A stretch of DNA of 64,000 bases from Squalus acanthias (lineage: Eukaryota), in NCBI GenBank assembly GCA_030390025.1, contig CM059425.1:171246001-171310000 (forward strand), given 5' to 3'. Below the pieces are notes generated by a model. That model saw nothing but the letters and a program-made list of their open reading frames with translations, was not told the DNA's origin and searched no databases. A program made the translations under genes and the position numbers. This document shows, piece after piece, positions 26,946 through 40,540 of this stretch; the stretch's first letter is position 1, and every line of letters starts with the position of its first letter.

Positions 26946-28630
26946 ACAATAAGAACTTGCATCTACATCCCAAGGTGCCTCACAATAGACATCATTAGGG
27001 GAAGGAAGCTGACGAATGATGGGAAAGATTAGGAAGCATGGCCGAAAGCTAGGTCAAAAAGGTGGGTTTTAAGTAGTGTTTTTTTATGGTAGAGAAAGAA
27101 ATGGAGAATCAGAGTTGAGGAAGGGAATTCTAGAAAGTAGGGCAGAGGTGGCCGATGACTCTACCACCAATGATGGGCGAAGGGAAGGGAGATATTCAAC
27201 AACCAGAATTAGAGGACCTAATGGTACAGCAGTGGATATAAGGCTGGAGGAAGTTTCAGGGATAGGATGAAACAATGCCATGAAGGGATTTAAAGAAAAG
27301 GATGAGCGTTTTAAATTTAATGTATCAGAGGACAAAGCGCTAATGTAGGTTAGCGAGGACAGAGGTTATTGGGAAGTGGGAATTAGTGCAGGATAAGATA
27401 CACGCTGCTAGATTTTGGACAAGTTGGAGTTTCTGGAGGTTGGAGAGTGGGAGGCCAGCATGGAGGGCATTGGAATAATTGTCTAAAGGTGACAAAGGCA
27501 TGGATAAGGATTTCAGCAGCAGAGGAGCCGAGATAGGAGATATTGCGGAGATGGAAGAAAACAGTTTTAGTGTTGGATAGAACGTGGAGCTTGATGCTCA
27601 GCTCAGGGTCGAACAGGATAACAAGGTTTATAATGGTCTGGCTCACATTGACTGAGTGGCCAGGGAGACTGATGAAATCAGTTGTAAGGGACCACAGTTT
27701 ATAGTGAGGGCTGATAATAAATGACTTTGGTCTTAGAAACATAGGAACAGGAGTAGGCTATTTAGCCCCTTGTGCCTGTTCCGCCATTCAGTTAGATCAT
27801 GGCTGATCTCTACCTCAACTCCATTTATCCGCCTTTGATTCATATCCCTTGATACCCTTACCTAACAAAAATACGCTTATCTCAGTCTTGACATTTCAAT
27901 TGACCCAGCATCCACAGTCTTTTGGGGGACAGAATTCCTGATTTCACTCATGAGTGGCCTAACTCTGATTTTAAAGTTGTACTGGATTCCCCCATTAGAG
28001 GAAATAGCTTCTCTGTATCCTTTTATCATTTTTTAAACACCAATTAGATCATCACTCAACCATCTAAACTCCAGGGAATACAAGCCAAGTTTATGCAACC
28101 TGTCCTCATCATTTAACACTTAAAGCTCTGGCATCATTCTGATGGATCTACACTGTATCCCGTCCAAGGCCAATAAATCCTTTCTGAGGTACAGTGCCCA
28201 AAACTGAACACAGTACCCCAGATGGGGTCTGACCAAGGCTCTGTCCAACTGAAGCATAACATCCTCCACTTTGGTCCTCCCGATTTGCAGTGGAAAGAAG
28301 TTGCGACTCATCAATGATGATGCCAGACAGGCAGTCTGATCGTGGGGTCAAGGGATATAGTGGAGAAGTAGAACTGGATGTCATCAGCATAAATATGAAA
28401 GCTTACACCATGTCTGTGGATGATGTTACTGAGAGACAAAATATGGATGAGAAAGTGGAGGCGCCAAGGATCGATCATTGGGGGACTCTGGAGGTGATGG
28501 TGCAGGGGCATAATAATAAACTATTGCTGGAGATACATTTGGATAGGTAGGAATGGGACCACACAAGTGTAGTCTCATGTTTGAGGACCTTCAAGTAGAA
28601 ATGAAGGTTAGAGTTGGGCCCGTAGTTGGA
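26946..28630 (-). mobile_element. L2-type LINE remnant interrupted by CR1 at ~27736-28283
   Basis: HRHGVSFHIYADDIQFYFS (28311-28511); NLVILFDPELS..FFHLRNI..LIHAFVTFR (27383-27742). Confidence 0.75.
27736..28283 (-). mobile_element. CR1 3' fragment nested in L2
   Basis: tagaaacatag tail; ALVRPHLGYCVQFW. Confidence 0.8.
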
Positions 28631-28677
28631 GAGCATGGATCAGTCAAGATTTAATTATCAAACAAGCTGGCATATTT

Positions 28678-28798
28678 GGGGTGAAATTGGTCAATGGCAG
28701 CAGTGCAAAATGTAAAAGAAAATTGAGCACGGTGTAAAACGGGTTGCCGATTCACTAGCAGGTCAATTTACGCTATTGGCGTGGACCAATTTCACCCC
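28678..28798. mobile_element. 121-bp mini-MITE
   Basis: Perfect 15-bp TIR GGGGTGAAATTGGTC / GACCAATTTCACCCC. Confidence 0.7.
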
Positions 28799-29991
28799 AT
28801 ATATTTTTATAAAGCTGAAATATTCCTTTTTGTTTTAAGCTTTGTTTCATATGTATAAGCCTGAACTGTTACAGAAAACACTAACTGAAACAACTAGAAA
28901 TGTTGCATTATATGAAATATATGAAATCATGGAACAATGCAGCATCAAAGCAAACTATAAAAAAATGCACATTTCCTGTCATGAGCAAAGACAAAAGTTA
29001 CTCTGGAACACATCACTAACTATGGTTACAAAATCTGAAGATGTAGATGAACATATTGAGCAAAGCAAAAAAAAACTACTTAACATTTCAATACCCACAG
29101 CTCATAAGATACCAGATCCCAACTCCTTAAATGTGGGAAAGAAACTGGACACACAATACAGTGAGAGAAAATGAAAATGTAGAAACACTGGCAAAACAGA
29201 AAAGGCAAAATAAACCTTTGCACATACAAAACACCCAATAAACAGAGCACGTTACCAATTAATGGTTAACTACCTTTATCATGGACAATGCCGGAACAGT
29301 CCAAAATGGTCAACTGGAAAGACCATTTTCAAACTAATCATGGGGAAATTATTTTTTAATTTTCACTGGCATCATTTGCCAAATACTTTGTGTATAAAGA
29401 GCCTGAGAGGATACTAGAGCCCTGAAGTGGATGCACTCTTTGCTCAGCATGTGTGCTCCATTATGTAGCTGCTGCAAAGGAGCTAGGCATGGAATTCTTT
29501 TTATTCAATGATATGCAACACACATCTGGAGGTAAATCATTTGCAGTCACAGTACTGACGCTGACACTATTGCTTCCCTTCATCTTGGTTTATACTTTCA
29601 AAATCTCAAGATAGGCACAGATGACGAATGCCGTTTGGCCCAGCCCAGCTCATCCATCCAAATCAAATCTGCTGCACCCCCCACCATTTTGCATGTGTAC
29701 TTGACTTGAATGTACAATATTTCATCAACCTATAATATTTTCCTGACATAAACTATGTGAGATGACTGTACCCAAGACAACAGCACAAATCAGCTCCAAA
29801 TTTCCCTGATGAATTGCAAATTGTCAATCATACATTGTGGACTGATATTATTTTATGATTTTAAAAAATCTTCAAAGAACTGGGTGGCACAGTGAATTCT
29901 TTCACCTCTAATGCCTGCTGAAGGATGGAGGTCTCCTCTCTTTGTCGGTAGTAAGGTTCCTACGTGAAATGAGTTTGAACGTCTCGTGCTA

Positions 29992-30438
29992 GTAGTGGCT
30001 TAGTTGGTAGCACCCTCGCCTCTGAGTCAGCAGGTTGTGGGTTCAAGTCCCACTCCAGGGCCTTGAGCACAAAATTCTAGGCTGACACTCCAGTGCAGTA
30101 CTGAGGGAGTGCTGCACTGGCAGAGGTGCCGTGTTTCGGATGAGACGTTAAACTGAGGCCCCGTCTACCCTCTCAAGTGGACGTAAAAGATCCCATGGCA
30201 CTATTTCAAAGAAGAGCAGGGGAGTTATCCCCGGTGTCCTGGCCAATATCAATCAACATCATTAAAACAGATGATCTGGTCATTATCACACTGCTGTTTG
30301 TGGGAGCTTGCTGTGCACAAATTGGCTGCCACGTTTACAATAGTGACTACACTTCAAAAAGTACTTCATTGGCTGTAAAGCACTTTGGGAAGTCCAGTGG
30401 TCACGAAAGGCGCTATATAAATGCAAGTCTTTCTTTCT
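29992..30438 (+). mobile_element. SacSINE1-like DeuSINE
   Basis: Same head, core and tail. Confidence 0.9.
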
Positions 30439-30469
30439 TACCAAACTGCCAACAAATCGGGCCTCTCGT

Positions 30470-32885
30470 TTACTCAAGAGGAAGGCATTCAAGGAGGAGA
30501 TAGTGAGGGTTCAGAGCAAATATGTTCCCATAAAGAAAAAGGGTGCGGCTCCCAAATCTAGAGCCCCCTGGATGTCAAGGTGCATACAGGGTAGGATAAG
30601 GAAAAAAAAAGCTTTTGTCAGATACAGAGAGCTCAATACTGCAGAAAGCCTAAAGGAGTATAGAAAGGGCAAGGGTGAAATTAAAAAGGAAATTAGGAAA
30701 ACAAAGAGAGGGCATGAAAAAATATTGGCTAGTAAAGTCAAGGAAAACCCAAAGATGTTTTATAAATACTGAAGTAAGATATTAAAAATTGGATATAACC
30801 AGGGCAATTCGGGCATGACTCATTTGCAGAAAGCCAGGCCTTTAACGAGATTTGTTTCAAGTCACACAACACCTTACAAGCTTTCGGAGTCTACCTCCTT
30901 CAACGAGATTTACAGATAGCATTGTATGTAACTTTTACAGCCACCCTCGGATAACGAGATCCCCATAAGGCGAGACAGAAATGTTTGCTAACCAAGTAAC
31001 TTTTAAACCTAATTGGATCTCTGTAAAGGCAAGACAGAAATATTTGTAAAACGAGTAATGTGTTTTTTAGACCTAGCATTGTGTGTAACTTTTAAACCTG
31101 ATTGGATATAAATATGTGTGTTTTCATTAGCTCGGTGGAGTTGTACTCATGTAAGCGACATGAGAGGTTCTCCCCAGGCCTGTAATAAACCGTTGTGACT
31201 TCAATTACTTGGTCAGTCTTTCTTCCAACAAGCTAGTAGCGTCGACCTTGTATATCACTGGGTCCGCACTTTGGGAGCTTACATCAAATACATAAAGAGC
31301 AAGAGGATAACTAAGGAAAGAGTAGGGCCTATTAGAGACCAAAAAGGTAACCTGTGTGTGGAGCCAGAAGACATAGGTATGGTTCTTAAAGAATACTTTG
31401 CGCCTGTCTTCACAAAAGAAAGATACAATGCAGACATTGTAGTTAAGGAGGAGGAGTGTAAAATATTAGATGAGATCAACATGGTGCCAGAGGACTGCTA
31501 ACGATGTACCACTGTTTAAAAAGAGAGAAAGGGATAGACTGAGTAATTACAGGCCAGTCAGCCTAACCTTGGTGGTGGCAAATTACTGGAAAAAATTCTG
31601 AGGGACAGAATAAATCGTCATTTAGAAAGGTACAGATAAATCAAGGACAGTCAGTATGGATTTGTTGACTAGCTTGCTTGACTTTTTTGAAGAGGTAACA
31701 AGGAGGGTCAATGAGGATAGCGCATTTGATGTAGTCTACATGGATTTTAGCAAGGCTTTTGACAAGGTCCCACATGGCAGACTGGTCAGAAAGGTAAGTC
31801 AATCGGATTTAAGGGAAAGTGGCAAATGCGATCCAAAATTGGCTCAGTGGCAGGAAGTAAAGGGTAATGGTCAACAGGTGTTTTTGTGACTGGAAGGCTG
31901 CTTCCAGTGGGGTTCCACAGGGCTCAGTACTAGGTCCCTTGCCTTTGGTGATTTATCTAGGATTTAGACTTCAATGTAGGGGGCATGATTAAAATGTTTG
32001 CAGATGATACAAAAATTGGCTGTGTGGTTGATGGTGAGGAAGAAAGCTGTAGACTGCAGGAAGATATCAATGGACTGGTCAGGTGGGCAGAAAAGTGGCA
32101 AATGGAATTCAATCCGGAGAAGTGTGAGGTAATGCATTTGGGGAGGACTAACAAGGCATGGGAATACACAATAAATGGTAGGATACTGAGAAGTGTAAAG
32201 GAACAGAGGGACCATGCAGTGCATGTCCACAGATCCCTGAAGGTAGCAGGACAGGTAGATAACGTGGTTAAGAAGGCATACGGGTTACTTTCCTTTATTA
32301 GCCGAGGCACAGAATATAAGAGCAGGGATGTTATGCTTGAACTGTATAAAACTCTATTTAGGCCACAGCTAGAGTACTGCGGACAGTTCTGGTCACCACA
32401 TTACAGGAAAGATGTGATTGCACTAGAGAGGGTACAGAGGTGATTTACGAGGATGTTGCCAGGACTGGAGAATTTTAGCTATGAGGAAAGAGTGGATAGG
32501 CTGGGTTGTTTTCTTAGGAGGCTGAGGGGAGATTTAATTGAGGTGTATAAAATTATGAGGGGCCTAGATAGAGTGGATAGGAAGGACCTATTTCCCTTAG
32601 CAGAGAGGTCAATAACCAGAGGCCATAGATTTAAAGTCATTGGTAGAAGGATTAGAGGGGGGTTGAGGAGAATTGTTTTCACCCAGAGGGTGGTGGGGGT
32701 CTGGAACTCACTGCAGAAACCCCCATCGCATTTAAAATGTACTTGGATGTGCACTTGAAGTGCCGTAACCTACAAGGCTACTGACCAAGAGCTGGAAACT
32801 GGGATTAGACTGGATAGCTCTTTTTTGGCCGGCACAGACACAATGGGCCGAATGACCTCCTGCTATGCCATAAACTTCTATGATT
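30470..32885 (+). mobile_element. Degenerate CR1 ORF2 interrupted by a solo LTR
   Basis: [32 protein letters not shown], 3' tail. Confidence 0.9.
30770..31286 (+). mobile_element. Solo LTR
   Basis: TG...CA ends (TGAAGTAAG/CTTACATCA), TSD AATAC, TATAAATA 31107, AATAAA 31184; removal restores CR1 FYKYIKS. Confidence 0.85.
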
Positions 32886-33522
32886 CGAAGTGAAGTCATA
32901 AAGAGGACGTGTATAAAATGGAAAAAATCACACTGGTGCAGTACAGACTGCAGCTCTGGACGAAAGGCACATTGTTGGACAGGGTAGATGATGTGTCTCT
33001 CTGCACCTGATCTCTAGTGCATCTGCCTTGGAAGTGTTTGATTTTGTGTACGAAAAGTACAGGTATTCCATTCCCCATTGCCAAAACTGCTTACTGCTCA
33101 AAAATGTATTAATATATTTAAACAATAGATTACCACTTACAATGTTCCATTGCAAGGCAGAGTGTTTATTAACAAAAATAATTATCTATCTCATCATAGC
33201 TGATTTATAGAACCCACTTACAAATTAAAAAGGGCTATTTAAAGTTATGGTTATCTGAGTTTCAAATTCTTATCACTTTCAGACTATCAATCACTGTTTG
33301 AAACAGTGAAATCAATAATCTGGTCCACAATTTAATATTAGGGAAAAGCAAGTCCTGACACCAGTGCCTCTTAACATATCGCAGCCTTAAGTAACCAGCA
33401 ATGTGCAATCCACTTTGCTTAAGTAAAGAGCTTTTTTTTAATACTGGGTTTGGGTCTCCAGATCTGTTGGATAGGATTTTTGGCAGTGCAATTTTAATTT
33501 CATACAGAGGCCCACAACTGTG

Positions 33523-34197
33523 GGCCCGTAATTTCCGATGCCTATGGGTGTGTACGAGCTGTGTACACACCTGTAGGGACATCACAAGTGCCGGTTTCAG
33601 GCATGCGAAGCACATGCGCTGAAAACCAGCACCTCCGATCTGTCAAGAATCGTCTTGACAGATCGCACGCCTGCCCTGGAGAAGGGCCTCTGCGGGTGGA
33701 GAGTTCTGCTTTCTGCAGAACCTCCGCCCACTGAAAACACTTAAAAATCTTACGCCTGGTAAAAGCAGGCGTAAGGCCTGCTTTTACCTGCATTAGAATT
33801 TAAAAAAGTTAAAAAAAAAATTTCCCCCCACTCATTTATAATGTAAAAATACTTTTAAAAAAGGTAAGTTTATTTTTAGCCCCGTAAAAAACTTCAATTA
33901 TCAAAAAATTAAATTTGTTTAATATTTAATTTAACGTAATTTTAACTCATTTTAAAAACATGATTTTAAAATTTATTTACTGTTGTAGTGTCTCTTTTCA
34001 GTGATCCCCATTCATACTTTTGACAGGTCTACCTGCCTGCGCCCCTGGGATACCTGGGCCTCAGTGCGCGCGCACACACCAGGAGAGGCCCAGGAGCAGA
34101 AGAGTCCGGACCTCGGGAGCCCTCAGGTAAGGGTGTAGATTTTTTCCCGATAGGAGACATCCGCACGCAGGATGCCTCCTATCGGAAATTACGGGCC
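33523..34197 (+). mobile_element. Harbinger-type MITE (hairpin-array family)
   Basis: Perfect 17-bp TIR GGCCCGTAATTTCCGAT, TSD GTG. Confidence 0.9.
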
Positions 34198-34330
34198 GTG
34201 AAATGAACTTAAATGACCTGCCAGAGGCACTAAAAGTCCTTTGTGCCACTCCTACTGAAAGCTCTAAGAACTCTCTCCATGTTACCAAGGAAACACCACA
34301 CTCATACCATAAAGCTGAAACAAACACACT

Positions 34331-35052
34331 GGGCCAGAGTTTGCTGTAGCAGGGCATCTAACGGCATCTGCCGTTAAGTTTAGATTTTTACATTTTTTGC
34401 GTGGCAAGTTGCTGAAAGTGTGAGCTGATAATGTTGCAGCGAGGGAAACAGGGCATCTGGGACCTGAGTGAACAGGACAAGCAACTGTGTATCTCCTTAA
34501 CCAATCAGATTGAAGGATTGAGAAATAACACAGAGGAAGGACTGAGAAGGAAGTGTAAATTAAAGTGGGTGAATTCAATGTCAAATCAGATACAGAAAGA
34601 GAAATAAAGAGAGGGAAAGGAAGACTGGATTAAGAGAGAAAAAACAAAAAGAAAAGTAAAAAAGTTAAAATCTCCAACAATTAATACCTGAAGGAATGAG
34701 ACTCCACACTTGTAAGAGTTAATTTTCAGTCCCAGAGAGGTTGATTGACAGTAATTAACACTTATTAAATCATTAAAAGGGTATTTAGACTTGAAATGAC
34801 AAGACTTAACTTTCTATGGCAAGCTTAGTTCATATCTACCACGCAAATACAGCAACTTCACGCCATTCAATGCATTTCAGTGGTGAGGCAGACAGCGAAA
34901 GGCCGTTTTCACAGTGGAACGCCGCAACTCTGAGCGCAACTTTTGGATTTCCATGTTTAACCGCACACCTGCCCCTTGCCTGATGTTACTGTAGCATAAA
35001 TAACAGCGAGTGTCATTAACCTCACCGTTATATTGTCAGCAAAGTCTGGGCC
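34331..35052. mobile_element. Harbinger-type MITE, second subfamily
   Basis: GGGCCAGAGTTTGCTG / CAGCAAAGTCTGGGCC, flanks ACT/ATT; interior similar to 52225-54775. Confidence 0.75.
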
Positions 35053-35499
35053 ATTATGACAGAAGTAGAGCGACGAAAATGTAAGCAATAACTTTTATTA
35101 CTGTAATAGAAATGCTGAACTATACATTTTAAATAAAAATAAAACATTTCAAACACTTTATTACTTCTGCTTGCTGTGTCTTCATTTTTTCCTCCCTAAT
35201 TTTACTTCTCTTTTATCCAATCTAATTATCTTTTCTTTTAAACAAATCTGAAAAGTTTTCTTGTCTATTTTTCTTTCTCTTGACTTGCAGCGTCCATTTT
35301 GGAGAGTTGAAGGCAACTACAAAGTTTGCTACAGGATAAAAACTAATTTGTTTGCAATAAATTTTTAATTTGCAAGGTCAGGAAAGTTTAAGAGACCTTG
35401 TCAATAGTCTACGAATAACGAGGTGTTGAAATGTTAATATAAGTCCCAATTAAGTAGAACATAATCTACTGAGGTGTTACATAAACTATTATTTCTCAG

Positions 35500-36405
35500 G
35501 GAACTAGGTGAGAATGTAAGTAGTGAGGAGGATGCAAAGAGGCTTCAAGGGGATATAGACAGGCTAAGTGAGTGGGCAAGAACATGGCAAATGGAATATA
35601 ATGTGGAGAATTGTGAAGTTATCCACTTTGGTAGGAAAATAGAAAAGCAGAGTATTTTTTAAAATGGTGAGAGATTGGGAAATGTTGGTGTTCAGAGGGA
35701 CCTGGGTGTCCTTGTACACGAATCACTGAAAGTTAACATGCAGGTACAGCAAGCAATTAGGAAAGCAAATGGTACGTTGGCCTTTATTACAAGAGGATTT
35801 GAGTACAAGAGTAAAGACGTCTTACTGCAATTATATAGGGCCCTGGTGAGACCACACCTGGAGTACTGTGTACAATTTTGGTCTCCTTAGCTAAGGAAGG
35901 ATATACTTGCCACAGAGGGAGTGCAACGAAGGTTCACCAGACTGGTTCCTGGGAAGGGGGGATTGTCCTATGAGGACAGATTGAGTAGACTAGGCCTATA
36001 TTCTCTGGAGTTCAGAAGAATGAGAGGTGATTTAATTGAAACATACAAAATTCTTACAGGGCTTGACAGGGTAGATGCAGGGAGGATGTTTTCCCTGGCT
36101 GGGGAGTCTAGAACCAGGGGTCACAGTATCAGAATAAAGGGTCGGCCATTTAGGACTGAGATGAGGAGAAATTTCTTCACTCAGAGGCTGGTGAATCTTC
36201 GGAATTCTCTACCCCAGAGGGCTGTGGAGGCTCAGTCATTGAGTATATTCAAGACAGAGATCGATAGATTTTAGGATATTAAGGGAATCAAGGGATATGG
36301 GGATAGTGCAGGAAAGTGGAGTTGAGGTAGAAGATCAGCCATGATCTTATTGAAGGCTCGAGGGGCCGAATAGCCTACTCCTGCTCCTATTTCTTATGTT
36401 CTTAT
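35500..36405 (+). mobile_element. 5'-truncated CR1
   Basis: ORFs 35474-36274 CR1 C-terminal motifs; (TTCTTATG)n tail. Confidence 0.95.
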
Positions 36406-37066
36406 GGAACGCTCTTTTGCTTTCAGCTGTCCCCTACTGAAACCCTGGTCTAGAATTACAATGTGGTAAAACACTATGCAACTTGAGGCAGCACTGAAAA
36501 GCTTAATGGTGGTAAGGGGACATACAAACTCAAAGTAAAACTTAAATGGTAAAAACCCTGAAAAGCTAAATGAAAATAAACAATATAAATCCATGTATAA
36601 TTTAAACAAAACTATTTCTTAATATGTTGTAGCTGTAGTGTACCCTGGGTTCAGGTGGCTGTGCAAATCACTTTGCTCACATACTTTATGATGCAAACTT
36701 AACCCTCTAATCTTCTGCAATGTTTTTGAACCTGGCAACTTACTGTTTAGGGTGTGAAATCACTCTGTCTTATTCTCAAGACTACAAGGGACTCCCAGGC
36801 CATGCACCAGCTGCAAGTAAGCGGATAGGTGAGCCATTCCCAGGGCTCTGCAACGCTGCTCTGAGCCAAGAGGCACATGACAGCGCCTTGAGGGTGACTT
36901 CCTCTTATATTGGTTCCTAGTCATTGGGAAGCTATATATATATATATATCCACATTTTATCATTTTTCTTACATCCTACGGTAACAGCCATATGAAAATC
37001 AAGATTATTTTGTTGATTGTACTGGCTATGTGTGTTATTGTTAACGGCGTCTGAATAATGTGCAAG

Positions 37067-39134
37067 ATGGTGGGTGGAGAAAGCATAGGAGATGCAGCAG
37101 CTAGCCGACAACCACGACGTGCGTGGATTCTTTAGCGCAGTCAAAACCATCTACGGCCCAAGCACCCAAGGCCCTACCCACTGCGGGCCAAGAACGGAGA
37201 GGTACTCATCAAGGACAGAGAGGCAGTCAGTGCCCGCTGGAAGGAGCACTTCGAAGATCTCCTTAACCGCGACTCTGTCTTCGACGTGAGTGTCCTCAAC
37301 TCCATCCCGCAGCATGCTACCCGCCACCATCTCAGCACAACCCCAGCCCGGCATGAGGTTGAAAAGGCCATCCGACAACTGAAGAACAACAAGGCCTCAG
37401 GAGCAGATGGAATCCCCGCCGAGGCATTAAAGCATGGCGGAGAAGCACTACTGGCGCGAATTCATGAACTTATTTCTCTTATATGGAAGGAGGAGAGCAT
37501 GCCAGGGGATCTCAGAGACGCCGTAATTGTGACCATCTTCAAGAAAGGTGACAAGTCCGATTGCGGTAATTACAGAGGAGTTTCCCTGCTGTCTGCCACA
37601 GGGAAAGTCATCGCAAGAATCCTCCTCAATCGCCTTCTCCCAGTGGCCGAAGAGCTCCTCCCAGAGTCGCAATGCAGATTCCGCCCACTAAGGGGCACAA
37701 TGGACATGATCTTCACCGCACGTCAATTACAAGAGAAATGCAGGGAACAGCACCAACCGCTGTACATGGCCTTCTTTGATCTCACAAAGGCCTTCGACAC
37801 TGTCAACCGTGAGGGATTATGGAGTGTCCTCCGCAAATTCGGCTGCCCTCAAAAGTTTGTCACCATCCTCCGCCTGCTTCACGATGACATGCAAGCCGTG
37901 ATCCTGACCAACGGTTCCACCACAGACCCAATTCAAGTACGAACCGGGGTCAAGCAAGGCTGTGTCATCGCACCAACGCTCTTCTCGATCTTCCTTGCTG
38001 CAATGCTCCATCTCACCCTCAGTAAGCTCCCCGCTGGAGTGGAGCTCATTTACAGAACAAACGGGAAACTGTTCAACCTCCGTCGCCTCCAGTCCAGATC
38101 CAAGGTTGTCCCATCCTCTGTCGTCGAATTACAGTATGTAGACGACGCTTGCGTCTGCGCTCACTCGGCGGTCGAACTCCAAACCATCATCAACACCTTC
38201 ACCGAAGCGTACGAGAGCATGGGCCTTACACTCAACATCCGTAAGACAAAGGCCCTCTACCAACCTGCCCCCGCCACACAGTACTGCCCCCCGATCATCA
38301 AAATCCACGACAAGGCCTTGGACAACGTGGACCACTTTCCATACCTCGGGAGCCTACTGTCAACAAGGGCAGACGTCGACGACTAAGTCCAACACCGCCT
38401 TCAGTGTGCCAGTGCAGCCTTCGGTCGCTGAGGAAGAGAGTGTTTGAAGACCAGGACCTCAAACCCGGCACTAAGCTCATGGTCTACAGAGCAGCAGTGA
38501 TACCCGCCCTGCTGTATGCCTCAGAGACATGGACCATGTACAGCAGGCACCTCAAAGCACTGGAGAGGTAACACCAACGCTGCCTCCGCAAGATCCTGCA
38601 AATCCATTGGCAGGATAGGCGCACCAACGTCAGTGTTCTTGCTCAGGCCAACATCCCCAGCATCGAAGCTTTGACCACGCTCGATGAGCTCTGATGGACG
38701 GGTCACATTGTCCGCATGCCCGATACGAGACTCCCAAAACAAGCACTCTACTAGGAGCTCCGGCACGGCAAGAGAGCCCCAGGTGAGAGGAAATGCTTCA
38801 AGGACACCCTCAAAGCCTCCTTGAAAAAGCGTAACATCCCCACCGACACCTGGGAATCCATGGCCCAAGACCGCACAAAGTGGAGGAGAAGCATCCGGGA
38901 AGGCGCCGAATACCTCGAGTCTCTTCGCCAGGAGCAAGCGGAAGCCAAGCACAGGCAGCACAAGGAGCGCACGTCAACCCAAGCACCCCACCCATCTGCC
39001 CCTTCAACCACCGTCTGCCCCACCTGTGACAGAGACTGTAGGTCCCACATTGGACTCATCAGTCACCTGCGAACTCATTTTTAATGTGGAAGCAAGTCAT
39101 CCTCGGTTCCGAGGGACTGCCTAAGAAGAAGAAG
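37067..39134 (+). mobile_element. 5'-truncated RTE-clade LINE
   Basis: NYRGVSLLS, FFDLTKAFD, GVKQGCVIAP, QYVDD, C-terminal CPTC..SHIGLISHLRTH, (AAG)n tail, 10-bp TSD AATGTGCAAG. Confidence 0.92.
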
Positions 39135-39169
39135 AATGTGCAAGTTTATATTTTTAATTCAGCAATATA

Positions 39170-39930
39170 CCAGAGAAATATACATCCGTTGTAATTGGTT
39201 GGGAGGTAGGAAACAGAAAGTAGGGATAAAGGGAATGTTCTCTGATTGGTGGGATGTGACAAGTGTTGTTCCCCAAGGATCTGTACTGGGGTCTCAGCTT
39301 TTCACCATGTATATCATTGACTTTGATGAAGGAATAGAGGGTTGTATATCCAAGTTTGCAGATGACACTAAGTTAGGAGGCACAGTAAATTGTACAGATA
39401 GGAGCAGGAAGTTACAAAGGGATACAAGACAGATTAAATGAGTGGGCAAAACTGTGGCAGATGGAGTTCAATGTGGGGAAGTGTGAGGTCATCCACCTTG
39501 GATCCAAGAAAGTCAAATCAGAATATTTTCTTAATAGCAAGAGACTAGGAACCATGGAGGAGGAATAGAATTTGAGTGTCCAAGTGCACAAATCATTAAA
39601 AGCTAGTGCACAGGTACAAAAAGCAATCAAAAAGACTAATCAAATGTTGGCCATTATTTCAAGGGAGCTGGAATACAAAAGGAGAAAACTGTGTTTGAGT
39701 TGTACAGAGCCTTGGTCAGACCTCATCTGGAGTACTGTGTTCAGTTTTGGGCACCGCACCTCAGGAAGGATATATTGTCCTTGGAGGAGGTACAGCGCAG
39801 ATTCACCAGAATACCGGATCTTTAAGGGTTAAATTATGACGCCAGGTTGCATTAACATGGCTTGTACTCCCTGGAGTTGAGAAAATTGAGAGGTGCTATA
39901 TTTGAGGTGTTTAAAATGATAAAGGCAGTT
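39170..39930 (+). mobile_element. Degenerate CR1
   Basis: [23 protein letters not shown]. Confidence 0.85.
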
Positions 39931-39959
39931 TGACATCCACAAGCACAAGAATGACATGT

Positions 39960-40540
39960 AACTATAAAAAAATATATAAAAGCGTCTATGGGAGAAAGTC
40001 CAGAGGAAACTGGTCAACAACAGCTTACATTTGTATAGCACCTGATACAGTAATCATCCCAGGACAATTCACAGACACAAGAACAGACACTGAACAGCAT
40101 TAGAAGAGTTAGGGCAGGCAGGCAGACAAGGGCCTGGGCTATAAGGTACGTCAGCAAGTTGAAGGAGTTCCAGAGAGTAGGGCCAATACAGCTGATGCGT
40201 CTGCCAGCAAGGTTACAGCTGATGGAGGATGCATGCAAAGAAGGCCAGAGTCAGAAGTGTGGAGTTGGAAAAAGTTGCCGAGATAGGATGGGGAGAGAGT
40301 GCGGAGGGTCCTGTTGACAAGGATGAGGATTTTAAATTGAATGCGCTGGCAGAGGTAGCAAACACATGGATGATAGAAAAACAGGACTTGATACTGGATA
40401 AGATGCAGATTGTGGCGTGTTGATGAGTTGCAGTAGAGTGGGACTTGGGAGGCCAGAGAATGTGACAGAAATTGAGCCTGAAGGTGATGAAGTTGTGGAT
40501 GAGGGTTTTAGTGGCGGTGAGTGTGAGGTTATGCCACACT
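39960..40540 (-). mobile_element. L2-type 3' remnant
   Basis: TLIHNFITFRLNFC; GPTLWNS; heavily decayed. Confidence 0.6.

Noticed and set aside
28842..29174. 110-aa ORF
   Set aside because: Non-ATG start, no recognisable domain, antisense within an intron
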